Assembly (NCBI GenBank): GCA_016748015.1
Contig: JAAOMT010000073.1
Location: forward strand, 1-64,000
Reading direction: 5' to 3'
Origin: Geosiphon pyriformis uo1
Taxonomy: Eukaryota > Fungi > Glomeromycota
DNA: 64,000 nucleotides
Position numbers and translations under genes: made by a program. Each line of letters begins with the position of its first letter. The first letter of the stretch is position 1. This document shows positions 63,362-64,000 of this stretch, piece after piece. Under the pieces are notes generated by a model, which saw only the letters and a list, made by a program, of their open reading frames with translations, ran no database searches and was not told where the DNA came from.

Positions 63362-64000
63362 ATTTATTCTGGCAGTCTTGCCTTTCTGGTAAGTTAACTG
63401 ATAATATATATAAATCTACTCTTATTTCTGGGTCTTTTACCAGGCTATCCGTGATGTCAATAACTCAGCACTTTTAATCCTTAGTTAATTAGTATGCACA
63501 ACAAAATCAAAGAAAGAAAAATAAAAACAAAGAAAATAACAATGATGAAAATAAGCCAAGACAATTTGGTAAATTAGTATCCTGTCAATAGCTGTAATCA
63601 AGAGCTATTGTTCCAGCATGATTAAGTATCAATTACTATCAACATGAAGTGTTGATAGTGAAGAATGGATTGAGATATAAAATAATTATTTATTTGATAA
63701 TTGAAAACTGAAAAGTTGCTTAGATTAAATCTAAACTGAGAGGTCTGTCTTTTCAGCTTCTAATACTACTGCTATATATACATAATTGAGATTTCTCAAT
63801 TCCTTGATTCTTTATGACAGGAATCCTGGAATTCCTAGAATCCTGCAATTTCTTTGAGAGGAATCCTGGAATTCTGGAATCCTGCAATTCTTTGTGAGAA
63901 TCCTGTAATTCCTGGAATCCTGCAATTCTTGAAAGGAATTCTGAAATTCCATCTTTTACTACATCTACTTCTGATTGGCTAATTACTATGCTAATATATA
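63362..64000 (-). mobile_element. Remainder of LTR 3, running off the window
   Basis: Continues the LTR sequence broken at 53202; carries the same GGAATCCT U3 array as element 2. Confidence 0.85.

Noticed and set aside
1-64000. tRNA, rRNA, hammerhead/HDV ribozyme or telomerase RNA genes
   Set aside because: No convincing cloverleaf, rRNA motif, ribozyme core or telomere template was found by eye; a covariance-model scan is needed to exclude them.

Overview
Eukaryotic, very AT-rich fungal DNA. The short GT-AG introns and repeat families suggest Glomeromycotina (arbuscular-mycorrhizal/Geosiphon-like), but that assignment is inferred. A gene island (about 27.8-36.4 kb and 42.4-44.3 kb) carries a NELF-A homologue, a universal stress protein, twinfilin, an orphan ORF and a PRS1-type PRPP synthetase. 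It is flanked by nested retroelement graveyards containing L1-like LINEs with RNase H (four recognisable copies plus AT-decayed ghosts), two full-length Ty3/Gypsy elements (5844-15782 +, 53203-63357 -) and several solo or partial LTRs. Highlights: (1) The Gypsy family has an unusual three-cistron layout: gag-PR-Cys-rich domain-dUTPase-RT-RNaseH, then integrase as a separate ORF, then an orphan ORF with its own TATA box. It also has an anti-PBS hairpin in U5, and its 4-bp target sites all fit CCRN/NYGG. (2) Repeats show RIP-like C-to-T/G-to-A hypermutation that spares CCA/TGG. (3) A fungus carries a full NELF-A homologue. (4) LINE and LTR ends carry conserved RNA structures. All alignments were made by eye; no searches were run.
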